DNA of 64,000 nt from Chrysomallon squamiferum. Its lineage: Eukaryota > Animalia > Mollusca. Shown here piece by piece: positions 1 through 14,470 of this stretch. The notes under the pieces were generated by a model. The model saw nothing but the letters and a program-made list of their open reading frames with translations. It had not been told where the DNA came from and did no database searches. Made by a program: the position numbers and the translations under genes. How positions within the stretch are numbered: the first letter of the stretch is position 1; each line of letters begins with the position of its first letter. Location of the stretch: the NCBI GenBank assembly GCA_012295275.1, contig CM022679.1:31310001-31374000 (forward strand). The letters run 5' to 3'.

Positions 1-3000
1 CAAATTTTCTACAGATAAGTTTTTGTATTCAATAGTATTTTTTTATAACATTCCCTTTCATCTACATTGTACATCACATTCAAATAGAGAATAAAACGAA
101 TAAAGAAATATATATATTACTATAAAAACTGTGTCAGTTTCTTTTGTTTTTCTTCTTAATAATTTATCTCATTAACAGAAATTGTAGTGATTCAGCTTTA
201 TTTTCTTTTGTATCTTTTCTTTGTAGTTTGCTCGTACATTGGTGGATCTGTGAAAAACAGTTTAATAGGATTTTATGCGACAGTTTTTCAAACTGGAGAA
301 CAGGCGATTTACATACAGATTTTGTTAAATGAATAAAAGTTCTTGATCATATAAACAGGGAGATTTCCAAATTCCTTGACACCCGCCTCTTGAATCCGCC
401 TCTTTAATGGGTTTTGTTTTCTTTGTTTTGTAATCGCCAGGTTAGCACAAGTGATAAGATTTTTAATTAAGAAAATGAAATGTTCGTGCTGTCGGCAGGT
501 GAAATAACCTATTTATCCAGGAGAATTTTCTTATCTTGAAGCCGGCTTTGAAACAAGAGGTCGGCGATCTAATTAATTCTTTACAACATTAATAAAACTT
601 CAACGCGACAACAGTAATGTATTATTTTCTGTTACATGTCAGCTGTTTAGACCAAGATGTAGTTTAATAGTTATAAATGACTCCAATTAAATTATACGAT
701 CCTTCTATTGCAGTATTAATGTTTTATAAAAGAAAGCAGTTTCAGGATTAGTTTTTAGTAACAAAGAATTTCAGCACATGTTTGGGGGGTTTTCTTGTCG
801 TTTTTTTATGACTGAATTTGAAAAATGGATTCGAAAGGTTCAGACTTTAATCTCAAAAGAGAAATTATTGTTTAGTGAAAGACATAGCAGTAACACAAAG
901 ATAGAAATGATTATAGTTCGTAGACATAAAGTAGAACCATCGGAGGTGTGGATGATTAACACAGAGACAGAAGATTGTATCTAACAGCTCTATTGGCTAA
1001 ACAGCTGCAGTGTAGAGAAAGGAATATACAGTCAACACGTACAGCAACACCCAGTACCAAATAACGATAGTGTTCGAATTATGTTACAAGATATATTATG
1101 TCTGATTACCGTAACATTATATAAACTCTGTTTGTCTTCCAGGAGTTTTTTCCGGTAAAAATATGCTTTCCGCATTACTGAACTAGCTGTAGAGAGCTTC
1201 CTTTACTTCATCGTTCAAATGATTCAGTAATCATCTATAATGATGATATGCATCGTTATATATTTTTAGATATATAATTCATTCTAATATATATGTATAT
1301 CTAGGCCTTCAGCTTTTAGATTATGCAGATGACATTTTTGTTTACAGTAAACGTTATGAAAGTTTATAAACATATGTCTGTAATTAGACCATGGTTACAA
1401 TCATATTCAAAGACATTTGTAATTAGTTGTCACAACAATTTACAATTTATGTTATTTTTTATCCATTCTTTGCTCCCCTACAAAAAAAAAAAAAAAATTG
1501 TTAACTTAAATTCAGAAACATTTTAATATCTCAAAATAGTAATAATAATACTAATCACACGCACGCACGCACACACACTATACATAAAGGCCAGAATCAA
1601 TGGAGCAGAAACAGACTGAAGTTGTCTGCATCGAATATCAAGATCTAACTGACCAAAATAAAATAAAAATGAAATAAAAAATAAAATAAAATAAAAACAA
1701 AAACAAAAACAACAACAAAAAATTAAAAAAAATTAAAAATAAATAAATAAATAAAATAAAATAAAAACTACACAAAACAAACCACAACGGTAATTGAAAA
1801 ATAAAAAGGAAAAAAAAATAAAAAAAGGAACGAAGGAAGTGAGAAAAAAAAGAAAAATTTCTACAAGTATACAATTAACCGTTAAAGCCCTCACAAACGA
1901 CTCAAGAGAAAAAAACAACATCTACACATGTTTCGTATTGTCGCGGTATGCAGCTTTTCAAGTGTCAAACGCTACGTTGTTTCTGCCAACAACGGTAACA
2001 ATAATGAAAACAAGTTTGTTGCGGATTCTCCTTTGTGAAAGCTTTCAAAGCAAATAGCTTTCGATTATTTTCAACAAAGCAGTAACTATTTAACGTAGGT
2101 GCCCCCAATTCCTAGACATAAATTATCATAGCTCTGCATTCCCCTGTCATACGTTCAGTGCGCTGCTAACCCTCAGTCTCTCTCTGACGTATATTCCCTG
2201 CGTCATATCTAACCTGTTACAGTAGTCTGATTCTTTTCCATCTTGCAAAATATTCCCTGTACATCATTCTTTTTGACAATATACATCACGAGAAACATAA
2301 GCCACACCGCCTGTACCCTTTGCCGTATTATATGCTATATATTCCCTGTGTTATACATAGCTTGCGATATATTCCCTGTTATATATTGCTATGTGACTCA
2401 CACTCACGTATTCATATTCAGTATTATTAATTATCTATATTAGTTATTCTCAGTGGGGCCTATGGGTGTCACCGGCACATTTGAAGGGAGACACACAGTC
2501 TGATGAGAAGAGGATTCTAGTCATACTGTACTCTGTGTCTGAAAACAGCTCGTATAAAGGCATGGCAAAGAAAAGGTTGAGAATAACGATCTGTATCACA
2601 TATTATATCCTGAAACACATACATTACCTGGATAAACACATATCTTGTTATAAATTCCTTATCAGTAATTCCCTCTGATTATATCTCCCACTTAAAGGTA
2701 AAGAAAGATGGTCAAAAAAAAAATAATAAAATAATACTAAAACAAGAAATTTGTAGAAGTTTATACGGCTCTCAGTTATAATGTGACATTGTTCTGCCTT
2801 ATTCTTCTTGTGCGGTCCTGTGCCAGAAGTCAGAAGCATTTTGTAAGGCAATGACATATGCTGTTAAATCGCCCATTTCAGAAATATTCATATGTTTATT
2901 GTCTGTTGTGGAAAGGTGCAATGTCAAAAAAAAAAAAAAAAAAAAAAAAGAAGTAGAAAAAAAAAAGAACACGTATTTTATTTCCTTCGGTTGACAAAGC

Positions 3001-3868
3001 TTCTAAGGTGATGTGACAATGCATAACATGACTTTTAAAGGCTGACCTGTCAATCAGTGTTCACGTGATTACTCAAGCAAAGTTAGCCTCTTTGAACTGA
3101 GCCGCGTTGTGGTACATGAAATGTAATATGGTTTCTCGATCTTGAAAATAAACATTTTAACACACACTTACTTCCCTCTTATTCTCTCTTTCTTTCTTTG
3201 TTTTTTACTTTTCTTCTTTTGTTCCCTTCTAACCATTTCTTTCTCTTTTCGTTTTGTTTCCTCTCTCATTCACATTTTCTCTTTTATTCCTTCCTTTTCT
3301 TTACCTAACTTCTTCCGCTTTCTCTTACTTTTTTTCTGTTTCTCTCTCATTTCAGTAATTCTATTCTTTATTTTTCTTTCTTTTCTTCCTTGTTTGTTTC
3401 TTTGTTTCTTTTTTCTTTTTTATTTCTTTCGATCTGTCTATTCATCTGTTTCCCTCTGCCTCACTTTCTCCTTTTTTTTTTCTTTTCCAATCGTTTTCAG
3501 TTTCTCTTTAACTCCTTCAATCTGCGATTTTTTTTTTTTTTTTTTTTTTTTTCTGGAAGGTAAATTTATACCTGCAGTATATGAAATGACGAGAAAACAG
3601 CCGCTAACTTTGTTGAGCAGTAAGTCAAGATGACTCATACTCGTCTAGACTTGTAAACAATGTGATACCTTTATCTCAGATCAAACAGTGCAACGAATGT
3701 TTCAGACTGTTGTTTAGGCGAAGACTGTAACTAAATGAAATAAGTCGTAATAATTAAGCTATTTAACAGCAGGCAGAAAAGACCAGACACAAAGAAATGA
3801 GGAAGAAAGAGAAGAGGTGAAAGCGGTGAAAGTAATAAATAAATATATATATATATATAGATAAATAC

Positions 3869-3870
<2 letters not shown>

Positions 3871-3955
<85 letters not shown>

Positions 3956-3999
3956 AAGGCAGAGACATTAAAAAAGACCAAAGTGTGTTTGAGAGAGAG

Positions 4000-4083
<84 letters not shown>
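3871..4083 (+). repeat. (AG)n and (GT)n microsatellites
   Basis: Pure dinucleotide tracts 3871-3952 and 4002-4083. Confidence 0.97.
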
Positions 4084-4087
<4 letters not shown>

Positions 4088-4288
4088 ATGTAGAGTAGTA
4101 GAGCTAAAAACGAACAAAAGAGAGAAAGAAAAAGAAAGCGGAAAAAGTAAGACAGGCAGAAAGAAACAGAGACAAAGACACACACACACACACATACACA
4201 AACACACACAGACAAACAGAGAGAAGCCTGCAGAAACAGTTAGGGAGAGAAAGAGAGTATAAGGCAAAGACATTAAAAAAAGACAAAA

Positions 4289-4328
<40 letters not shown>

Positions 4329-5756
4329 GAATGTAATGTGTTGATTTGTATAACAAATAGAAAGGGAGGTAAATAAAAACAATGAGAAAGAGAAAAAGTA
4401 GACATGAAAGAAATACAGACAAAGACAAAAATAGAAAATCTTAGAGAAAGAGAAATCAGAGAAGAGCGAATGAGAGAGAAGCAGAATGAGAAGATCTGGA
4501 TCAGCAGAAATCTGTGAAATGATTTATGTCTGTACTTTGTATGTCTGCATTCTATGCTGTCTGCAATCCTGTGTGTATTTAGATACAATGAATTGAACAG
4601 TTTATACTCAGTGCATTCTGTATTTATTGTGTTGTGTTGTATTGTACTGTGTTACACGGTTTGTTTCGCATGTTGTGTGTTGTGCTGTATGATGAATTTT
4701 TGTGTTGTATTTTATTGTATCGTATCGTATCTGTATTATAGTGTATACTGTATTTTTTTTGTACTGTATTGTTTGTATCGTATTGTATTATAACGTTTTA
4801 TATGTTTTTGGTATTGTATGTATTTTTTAATTTTGTATTGTTTTTTTTATTATTATAATGTGTCGTGTCGAACGTATTGCTTTATACGTGGTGTGTTGTG
4901 TTGTGCTGTAACGAATATTATATATGTTTTTCCTTTATTCCTTTTTTCGTTTACTGTACCTAAATTCATATTACTTGTTCATTCATTCATTCATTCATTC
5001 ATAGTTGTTTATTTTATTTATTAATTATTATTTTACTGTAATGATTCTGAGATCTCACAAAAGACACTGAAACAATACAAGCTCTCCCTTCTAACAAACT
5101 AACACTTTAACCAGATATCAGTATTTCAAATGAATTTCTGATCACTATGATACATCCACCGGTCACCTAAATTTTACACACAAGACAAAATCTGCCGCAA
5201 CTACCAGTGGGTCTCAAACAGACGCAAAACAGTATTTTTTGACAGAAATGCAATTTTGATAAGTCAGATGCGATTATTCCGTCGTACGTCTTACCTACCT
5301 ACCTATTGATGTGATGTAGGTATTCACCTCATCTCACCTGTGTTGAGAACTGCACAAAAAGGTGGACGATTTTCCCACGCGCTGACACAGAGGCAGGAAT
5401 GTTGTGTAATTGAAAGAAGATACGGATGAAAGGTGGACTATTATTGCGAGATGAGAGTTGGGTATTTTTATGACAAGGTGACTCACGGCTGTGCGGGTAG
5501 GTGTGTTGTTGGACAGATAATGCAAGACGCTGGCGGAATGACGTCAGCAAATAAAATAATTTAAACGTAATGTAAAAATTTGGTCGCTATGGTTGTTGCG
5601 GGTTATCGTTTCAAATTTCAACGATCGTGTTTCTCTGTTTTTCTGTGTCTTTCTTTTCTCTAACCCTCTCTGTCTTTGTCTCTGACTCTGTATATATATC
5701 TATCTCTCTCTGTCTGTCTCTCTCTCTCTATCTATTTATCTATTTCTCTCTCTCTC

Positions 5757-6454
5757 TTGCATTTTACGACTTTTTTCATTTGTTTTCTTTTCCTCTCTCA
5801 TTTATTTATTTATATATTCTCTGATCTCTTTCTTTCCTGCTCTCTTTCTTATTATCTCAGATATATCAATTTTCTTCATCAACCTAAGACATTTTTTTTC
5901 CTTTTTGCTACTTCCATAGATTTTTATATAAAAGCATTCACGGTTAAACACACACGACTGGTCATCCAGTAACGTGTAATTTAAACTCAGTAAAATTTAA
6001 GTACACCTACATACACAAACAACTAACACAGGAAAATACACGCTGTTTTCACACGTATGTTTCAAAAAGAAAGGAAAACTAAACCATACAGACCTATTCA
6101 AGCATACATTTACAAATATAGACATTCAGTACTTATATAATACATACATACATACATACATACATACATACTATATACATATATTAATAGATGTATATAT
6201 GTATTTATGTATGTGTTTATGAAAGTGTATATGTAGGTATGTATGTATTATATAAGTACTGAATGTCTGTATTTGTAAATGTATGCTTGAATAGGTCTGA
6301 ATGTTGTTTTTGAAAAAAAATGTCGGAGGTTGACGAAGAAAATTGATATATCTGAGATAATAAGAAAGAGAGCAGGAAAGAAAAAGATCAGAAATATATA
6401 AATAAATAAATGAGAGAGAAAAAGAAGACAAATGAAAAAAGTCGTAAAATGCAA
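5757..6454. repeat. Inverted (fold-back) duplication with two paired arm segments
   Basis: 5757-5900 is the near-perfect reverse complement of 6312-6454; 6085-6150 pairs with 6236-6303; ~85 nt spacer between inner arms. Confidence 0.92.
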
Positions 6455-7143
6455 AAGCGTTAGAGAGAGAGATACACAACACACACACACACACACAAAC
6501 ATACATACATACATACATACATGTATAAGTAATACATAAATATATACATACATCCATCCACATATACACACATACACACACATATACATACATACATACA
6601 TTATACATACATACATACATACATATATACATGTATAAGTAATACATAAATATATACAAACATCCATCCACGTAAACACACATGCACACACATACACACA
6701 TACATACATACATACATACATAATACATAAATACATTCATACACATACACACACACCTGCATCCACACATTCATTGATCTTTTTTATAGTAACAACCAAA
6801 GGAACTAAAATAACCAGAATTTCATTGCTTTATCACTTTATAAAGTAGTTTATTACAGATAAAGAGTTATGACAAGCATGAAAAGTATACCGCTTTTTTG
6901 ATGTTATGGAATACACCTATAAATGTTTATAAGTAGATACTTTTCTAAGGATAAAACGCACTTTGAAGTAAGTAGGATTATCAACGATTAAATGAAACGA
7001 TTAGCTTAATAAGTTACTTCCGTATCACCTGTTCAGCTCTCATGATTACAAAGTCAAAGATAAAACAAACATTTATGCAAGATCATTTCTTGAAATACTT
7101 CACTGTATTTGATATTTATAGCATCATATTTATAGCATCATCT

Positions 7144-7182
7144 ATAGTAGCAACAGTAGTAATAGTAGTAGTAATGGTGGTG

Positions 7183-7264
<82 letters not shown>

Positions 7265-7284
7265 TAATATTACTGCTATTGTTG

Positions 7285-7318
<34 letters not shown>
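7144..7318 (+). repeat. (GTA)n/(TTA)n compound microsatellite
   Basis: Visible trinucleotide tracts. Confidence 0.95.
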
Positions 7319-7319
<1 letters not shown>

Positions 7320-9035
7320 GTGATGCTGGTATTAGTAGCAGCAATAATAGCAGTAGTAGTAACAACAACAACAACATTATTTCCGGCATTCTGTTCAGTT
7401 TATCTCACGCAATTTCGTTTTTTTTATTTTATTTTAAGATTTTTTTTTTTTTTTTTTTTGATGTTGTTGTTGTATGTAGTACAGATATAATTTGTATAGT
7501 GTGTGTCTGGTACATATGTGTCTACATGTCTATATATATGTGTGTATGTGTCTGTGTCTGTGGGAGTATATTTGTGTATATGTGTGTGTGTCTGTCTATA
7601 TATCTGCGTAAAACTTTGTGTCTACCCTTGTTTGAACTCACTCAGTACAATAATCATTTAACTTTGTTACTGTTATTGCATTCATCCTGTACAATGATTT
7701 AATTAAGTTTGTCGAGTGCATCTAATTAAATCACTTCTTGACTCAACCTAGAGAAGAAAATACTTTTTTTTAAATTTAGTTACATTACATTGTAATATCA
7801 TTTTGTTTCTTGTTGTTTTTCTTGTTTACATTTTTCCTCGATGATTAATCTTGAAATAGTAAACACTTTAAAATATATATATATATATAAAAATAATAAT
7901 AATAATAAAGTGAAATAAAAACATTTCCAACAATGATGTTAGGACCTAACGTGTATTTAATAATGATTGTATTTCATTTAACGACTTGTGACCACATCAA
8001 GTGACAGAAAGTTTACGTTGTAAAGAGCAATAAAAGAGGAATAAACGTCATTCGCAAATCCTATAAAAATCAAATGAATTTAATTGATAGCGTTACTACA
8101 AACAAGTACCTCTCTTGTGGTATTTATTTAAGGACTGCCTTCGGTTGAAAAGTCTTTGTGATAAATAACGATATGGCCATATAAGGTTTCACATTTGCAT
8201 ATTTAATACTTAAGTGACATTCTTCGATAGAGCTGAACATTTTTTTTATGACTTTGAGTGTGTGTGAATGTGTGTGTTACAGAATGTGTGTATATGTATG
8301 CGCTTGTGATAAAGATAAAAGGATTTGAAAAAGATTTAAAAAAAACAAAACAAACAACAACAACAAAAAGAAACAACAAAAAATTAACTAAAATTTAGAA
8401 TACGAGATTACATATCTTTATATATACCAACATACATACACATGCATGCATTCATACACATATACACGCATACACTCATCCATACTTCCATACATCCATA
8501 CATACAGACACATTGACACATAGACACATTTACACATATACATACATAAATACACACGTACACACATACACTCATCCATACATCCATACAAACATACACA
8601 CATACACACATACACACATACACAGGCACATATATGCATACAGAAATAACATTTCATCATGCCAGCATGCATATCACGGATTAGCTGTTCTACAGTTCCA
8701 GGTTTACCACAAAAAAATAACAAAAGACAAAGAACAGCATGCTTCGGAGTGTGGGCGAATGGGTGCCATACGTTCGAATCTCGTCAGCGGCATCTGACGG
8801 TTTTTGTGAAGTCGTGATTGGCTTTGTCCTCCTGCGCCGGTGCGTTCCCGAATATTGTCCAGCTATAGAGTCTAATCTGACGTACATAAGACAGAGAACA
8901 ATCAGATCCTAGAATACATACATACATGCTTATAAATGCATACACACACACTTACATTCATGCATACATACATAACATGTCATCACGCCAGCATGCATGT
9001 CGAGGATTAGCTGTTCTGCACCGAGCTGTGATGAC

Positions 9036-9546
9036 AACTCACAGCGTGTAACTGACCACACTGAAATTAACTGATAACACACCACTGACTGACTTGTGCT
9101 GCAGCTATCTGTGACAAAACCAGATAAACCAGCAATGGACAGGGTATTTTGATTTTTATCTCCGCTCTATATATTGACAATGTTTTACGAGCAATTGACT
9201 GTTTTGTTGCAAACTGATAGCGTTTTACATGCAATTAACTTACTTTTTAGCAGTGATCTGTGACACAAAAATTGATAAACAGGAGCGAGATAATGTTGCT
9301 TTTCTTTTGGTTGCTTTGTTTGTCTAATATTCAGTGACAAAGTCTTATGATCAGTTAGTTGACTGTTTTTATACAAACTGACAGTCGCGTTACGTGCAGC
9401 TAACTTACTACTTCTGCAGTGATCTGTGATACAGACTGATAAACCAGAATGCTTATCACTGATTACACTGTCTTCTTTCCATCTCTAACTGTCAGAGTCT
9501 TACATCCAGATGACTGGCAGCGTGTAACATGCAGCCAACTGATTTT
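9036..9546 (+). repeat. Degenerate tandem repeat, ~150-165 bp period, 3-4 copies
   Basis: Recurrent block CTGACAGCG..TTACATGCAGCTAACTTACT..GCAGTGATCTGTGACA..CTGATAAACCAG at ~9100, ~9213, ~9377 and partially ~9512. Confidence 0.7.
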
Positions 9547-10049
9547 CAAAAAAAATGATAAACTGTAACGTGCATGCCGAAAGAATGTCTGTTTTGCAGA
9601 GAGATGGTCGTAAGCTGATGAACTATTGCGTGCAATGGTCTTCTGTCTTGTTTTCCAGCGAGCTGTGGTGTACCCAGCTTTAAGAGATCACTGAACAAAG
9701 TGCAGGGTCGACTGAGATACGATTCAAACACGTTATCAAGTCAAACAGGCCACACGACGTACGATATCTTCCCTGATAAAGTCATCAATTTACCACTGCT
9801 CTGCTTCTAGCTGATAACGAGACGTGGTCAGGTGTATGTTTGTGGTGAGGGTGTACGTTTCGTGAATGATGGGTGAGTAATTATGAGCTAGGTGATCTAT
9901 GCATACATATATACGAATACACATACAGATAAACATGTATAACTTACATGCCACAGACAGGGACATATACTTCATACACAAACAGAACCACATGTAAATA
10001 ATCCAGACGTCCATAACTACAACAACGACTGTAGTTGTAATAACATATT

Positions 10050-10100
<51 letters not shown>

Positions 10101-10114
10101 TTGCATTCATTTTA

Positions 10115-10151
<37 letters not shown>

Positions 10152-11415
10152 CATAAGATGTTATTCAGGAAAACATAAAATATAACAAAACTAGAAAGTA
10201 AATAAATAAAGGAACACAGTCGTCTTATTTCTCTCTATTCTTCAAATTTTCTCACGAGTTTGAGAAAAAAGAACCGTTATTTTTCTTGTGTGTCTAAATT
10301 TATCCTAAGGGTATTACGACGTTATCTATGACGTAACAAACAATCTGTTGTCGTACACATAGTCGGTGATGATTGGTCAGTGAATGATATAACAGAGTTT
10401 ACGTCACAATGTGTAACGTATTGGTAATTGTATGGATAATACAAGTGGTTACGTACTGTGACTGTCACTAAATATGGTGTATGATGGATACAGAACTATA
10501 AATGACGCAGATTAGTGCCTGACTGCGGCCTAATTACACACCTGTAGCGCACGTTTTCCTCCGCCTTCCGGCTATCAACAGTTGACACGAATATAATACG
10601 CAATGTTAGGAAGAGCCTTTGAGTGATTATTCTTTCATTTATTTATTTATTTATTTATTTATTTATATACGTACTTATTTACTAATAAAAGATTTCGAGT
10701 AAATTTAAGAGAAAGCAGCATTAATCAGGGTTAGTTTTAATGTTATTACTTTTGTAATAATACCAACAACAACAACAACGACAACGACAATAATGACGGA
10801 GTTGATGTATTTTCTCATAAGACAAGTAAAAAAAAAAAAAAAAAAAAAAAACCAACACAATTTCAAAAATTCCTACTGAACAAAAATCAACCCCACCCCT
10901 GATAAAAATAAAATGTTCTCTTAACATTTCATCTACATGAGTAAGAAGAAAATATCTTATAGTTACTTGTGACATTCTGCAGCAAATTATAATTCAAAAC
11001 TACTCGTGCTGTTGCATGCACCGCTGCACGTACACGATGAAGAAACACGAAATGTCCCGTTGTCACGTGACTTATGCACAAACCGTTATTATTAATGACA
11101 GATGGAATGTCTTAAAGGAAAACGCCTGAAACAGGAAGAAGGAAATAAAATGTAAAGAAGTTTAGAGAAGAACGAAATAAAGGAAGGCTTTTATTTTTCT
11201 TCTTCATTTCTTAAGCGATATACAGCTGCATTACAAAAGACGGTGTCAGATGTTATTAAAAGAAAAGATTGTTTTTGTTTGTACAAATGAGGAAATGATA
11301 CACACATACATACATACTTCTATTTATTTATTTATTTATTCACACACATATACATACACACACAACACACATATATACATTTATATTTATTTATTTGCAT
11401 ACAGACACAAAAATA

Positions 11416-11454
<39 letters not shown>

Positions 11455-12690
11455 CCATCCTAGTTAATCCTGTTAAAATAGAAAAGATATTTAACGTCAG
11501 ACAGAAAGAAAAGAAAAAAGATATAGTAATTGTAAGAGATGACTGAAAGAGATAAAGAAACACACTGAAAGAGAGACAGACGGACAGACACAGAGAGAAA
11601 GATTCACAGAGGTGTTTGCGTGTGTTTTGTGTATGTGCATGTGTGCGTTTTATAGTAATATCTTTATGATATGTTTATCCACCAATTTAAGCTTCTCAAA
11701 ACACCGTGTTATTTAATTTTGTTCCCACATTTTATTTTTCTACCAGAATGTACTTGCATTCAATTGTATTTGACCAAAAAGTGTCTTCAAACAAGAGTAA
11801 CCGAATTACCGTTACAGTGTATGTGTGAAAGGAAATCAACTACAGGAAAAATCTTATTGGTTTTTACAGTAAATGTTCGACTCACAATAGGCGTGTTTGT
11901 ATGTGTTCAGGCTACCTCCGTCCTTCAGCAGTTCCCTTTGTTTCTGGCAGAAAATACATAAAGAAGAATACATTATTGTCATATTTATATTTCGGGTAAC
12001 CAGAACAATATGTATATATAAAAATGACAATAATGTATTCTTCTTTGAAGAAAGAAAAAAGGTTGACAAAGATCTAATATAGCGGTGTTAATAGGGTTTG
12101 CTTTTCTGAGTGTGTGAGTGCCAAAATATAGCCTTTCATATCACCTCTACCTAGAATTATATTTCACACCCTCTGCATGTATGTGTGAATACGGTGGTTG
12201 TGTAGACAGGTAGTAAGACTGTTATGGATATAATTATTGGAGTTTGTACGTTTTTTCTCTTTACATAATTACGTACCTATAATAATAAAACAAACTTTAA
12301 CTGAAGTTAAATAGGTAGCCAGCCCGTTACACTGTCAACATTAACAGATCATCTCCTAATACCATTAAAAAGAAACAGAAGAAGAAAACTATCTCTGACT
12401 GATAAAAATTCTCGTTTACGGGCTTTACATCTAAAGCCGTGGATCTACGTATTTATGTATCAGATTTAAGTGTCATCGCACGAGATTACTTGCTTTTTCG
12501 CCACGCCAGACAGAGATGCGTTTTGAAAAGCTACGGAATGAGTTCGGCATTAGAAAAGCATTAACATGTCATTCAAATAAATACAGAAATACTGGCGTGT
12601 AGTTTACCAGCCAGGAACGAATCCAAAATTTCAGAAAAAAATAAAATAATAATAATAAGCATTGCATACCTCCGTAGTCACACAAAATAA

Positions 12691-12757
<67 letters not shown>

Positions 12758-13136
12758 GTAAGTAAAATAAATAAATAAATAAATAATTTTTAAACTCGAG
12801 GTCCACTTCAGTTATATTGAATATGACGTTCAAGATTATAAAATTACAATTATTTAAAAAAAAAAAAATATATATATATATATTGGTCTGGAATAAAAAT
12901 GGGGGACGGCGCTATGAGGTGACCTCGCCCCCTCTAGAATCGTCCTTCGAGATCGTAATTATGTTTTGGTACACAAGTAAAGAAGACGTGAGACGCCAGG
13001 CTGAAGACGTATCTCTGTCGAATCTAATTAATCACTTCTCCTGTCAAATGTTGGGTTTTTTTCTTAGACGGTTAGGAATGGGAAATTAGGATTTGCGAGA
13101 AATAGATATTCTGCTTTTTTTTTTTTCCTATCTACA

Positions 13137-13194
<58 letters not shown>

Positions 13195-14406
13195 GTCGTT
13201 GTTAGCAGTAGTAATAGTAGTAGCAGTATTTATTTATTTATTTACTTACGTAGCTATATACATACTTACTTACATACACACATACCTACCTACCTATCTT
13301 CCTTGCTACATACATACATACATACATATATACATAACTATATATCTATATCTATATATATAGAGAGAGAGATATATATATATGCACACATACATACATG
13401 CATACATACACACATACACAGACATAAACAGATAAAAATACATAATTACTGCGACTGTTGATATTTACGTTGTGTTATGAATATTCAGTGAGTACGTACA
13501 GGTAAAAGGTCAAAACCAATTAGTGTTTATCAGCTAACATTATCAAAGTAACTAGCGCCGGGGGCGTGGTTTTAAGATATTATCTCTTGAGAACGTAAAG
13601 TAAGAAAAATAACATTTACATTGCATGCCACATAAATATATTTCTTTGATTTGCGAATTATCCATCACTTTACTTATTACAGTGGGTAAAAAAAAAAAAT
13701 ATATATATATGTGAGTGAGCAAAAAGACAGGTGCACGAAAACTTTAATGATGTTATTTTTAGTCTTTCCAGGATAAATGAAACAGTATATATGATTACAC
13801 AAAGATATCTCGCCAATTTTTATATTATTTTTGAACAAACAGCTTAAATTAAAGTTATATATTATCAAAATAATTGTTGGAATATCAGTACTTATTTTAT
13901 TATTATTATTTTCTTTATCTATAGGAAGGTGCATAATTATAAAATATATTTTGCAGCTAATACTTAAGAGCTGATCATGGAATAGTGGCAGGTCTGATTT
14001 CCAATTCAATATCATCATTTAAAAAAACAAAAAACACATTATGCCCTATAGCTAACGATTATTAGTCATCGAATTTTGCAGAGGTATTACAGAAGAAAAA
14101 AACAGAATCTGTTTTTATATCTTTGTGTATATGTGTGCATCTATAATAAAAAGAAATGAAAGGATAGAGAAAAAAAAAAAAGATTTAAAAAAATAAAAAT
14201 AAAAAACAAACAACACACACAAAAATTTAGATACAAGGTTACATCTACCCATCAACACACATACCTACATACAGTCATCGAATTTTGTAATGTCGAATCA
14301 TTGCTCCTCTATTCGATCAGTAGTGAGAAAATCTTATATTTATTTTCCCTGATGAAGGAAAGAACATACTCAGCATTTACTGCGCTGAACTGAAATACAA
14401 ACAAGT

Positions 14407-14470
<64 letters not shown>

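Noticed and set aside
3142-7320. Long ORFs (poly-SL, HT, CV, V, L)
   Set aside because: Translations of microsatellite or low-complexity DNA; the same applies to the ER-, Y-, S-, I- and N-rich ORFs throughout the window.
12901-12940. GGGGG...CCCCC hairpin followed by CTAG (TE terminus-like)
   Set aside because: Weak stem and no partner end or target duplication identified.
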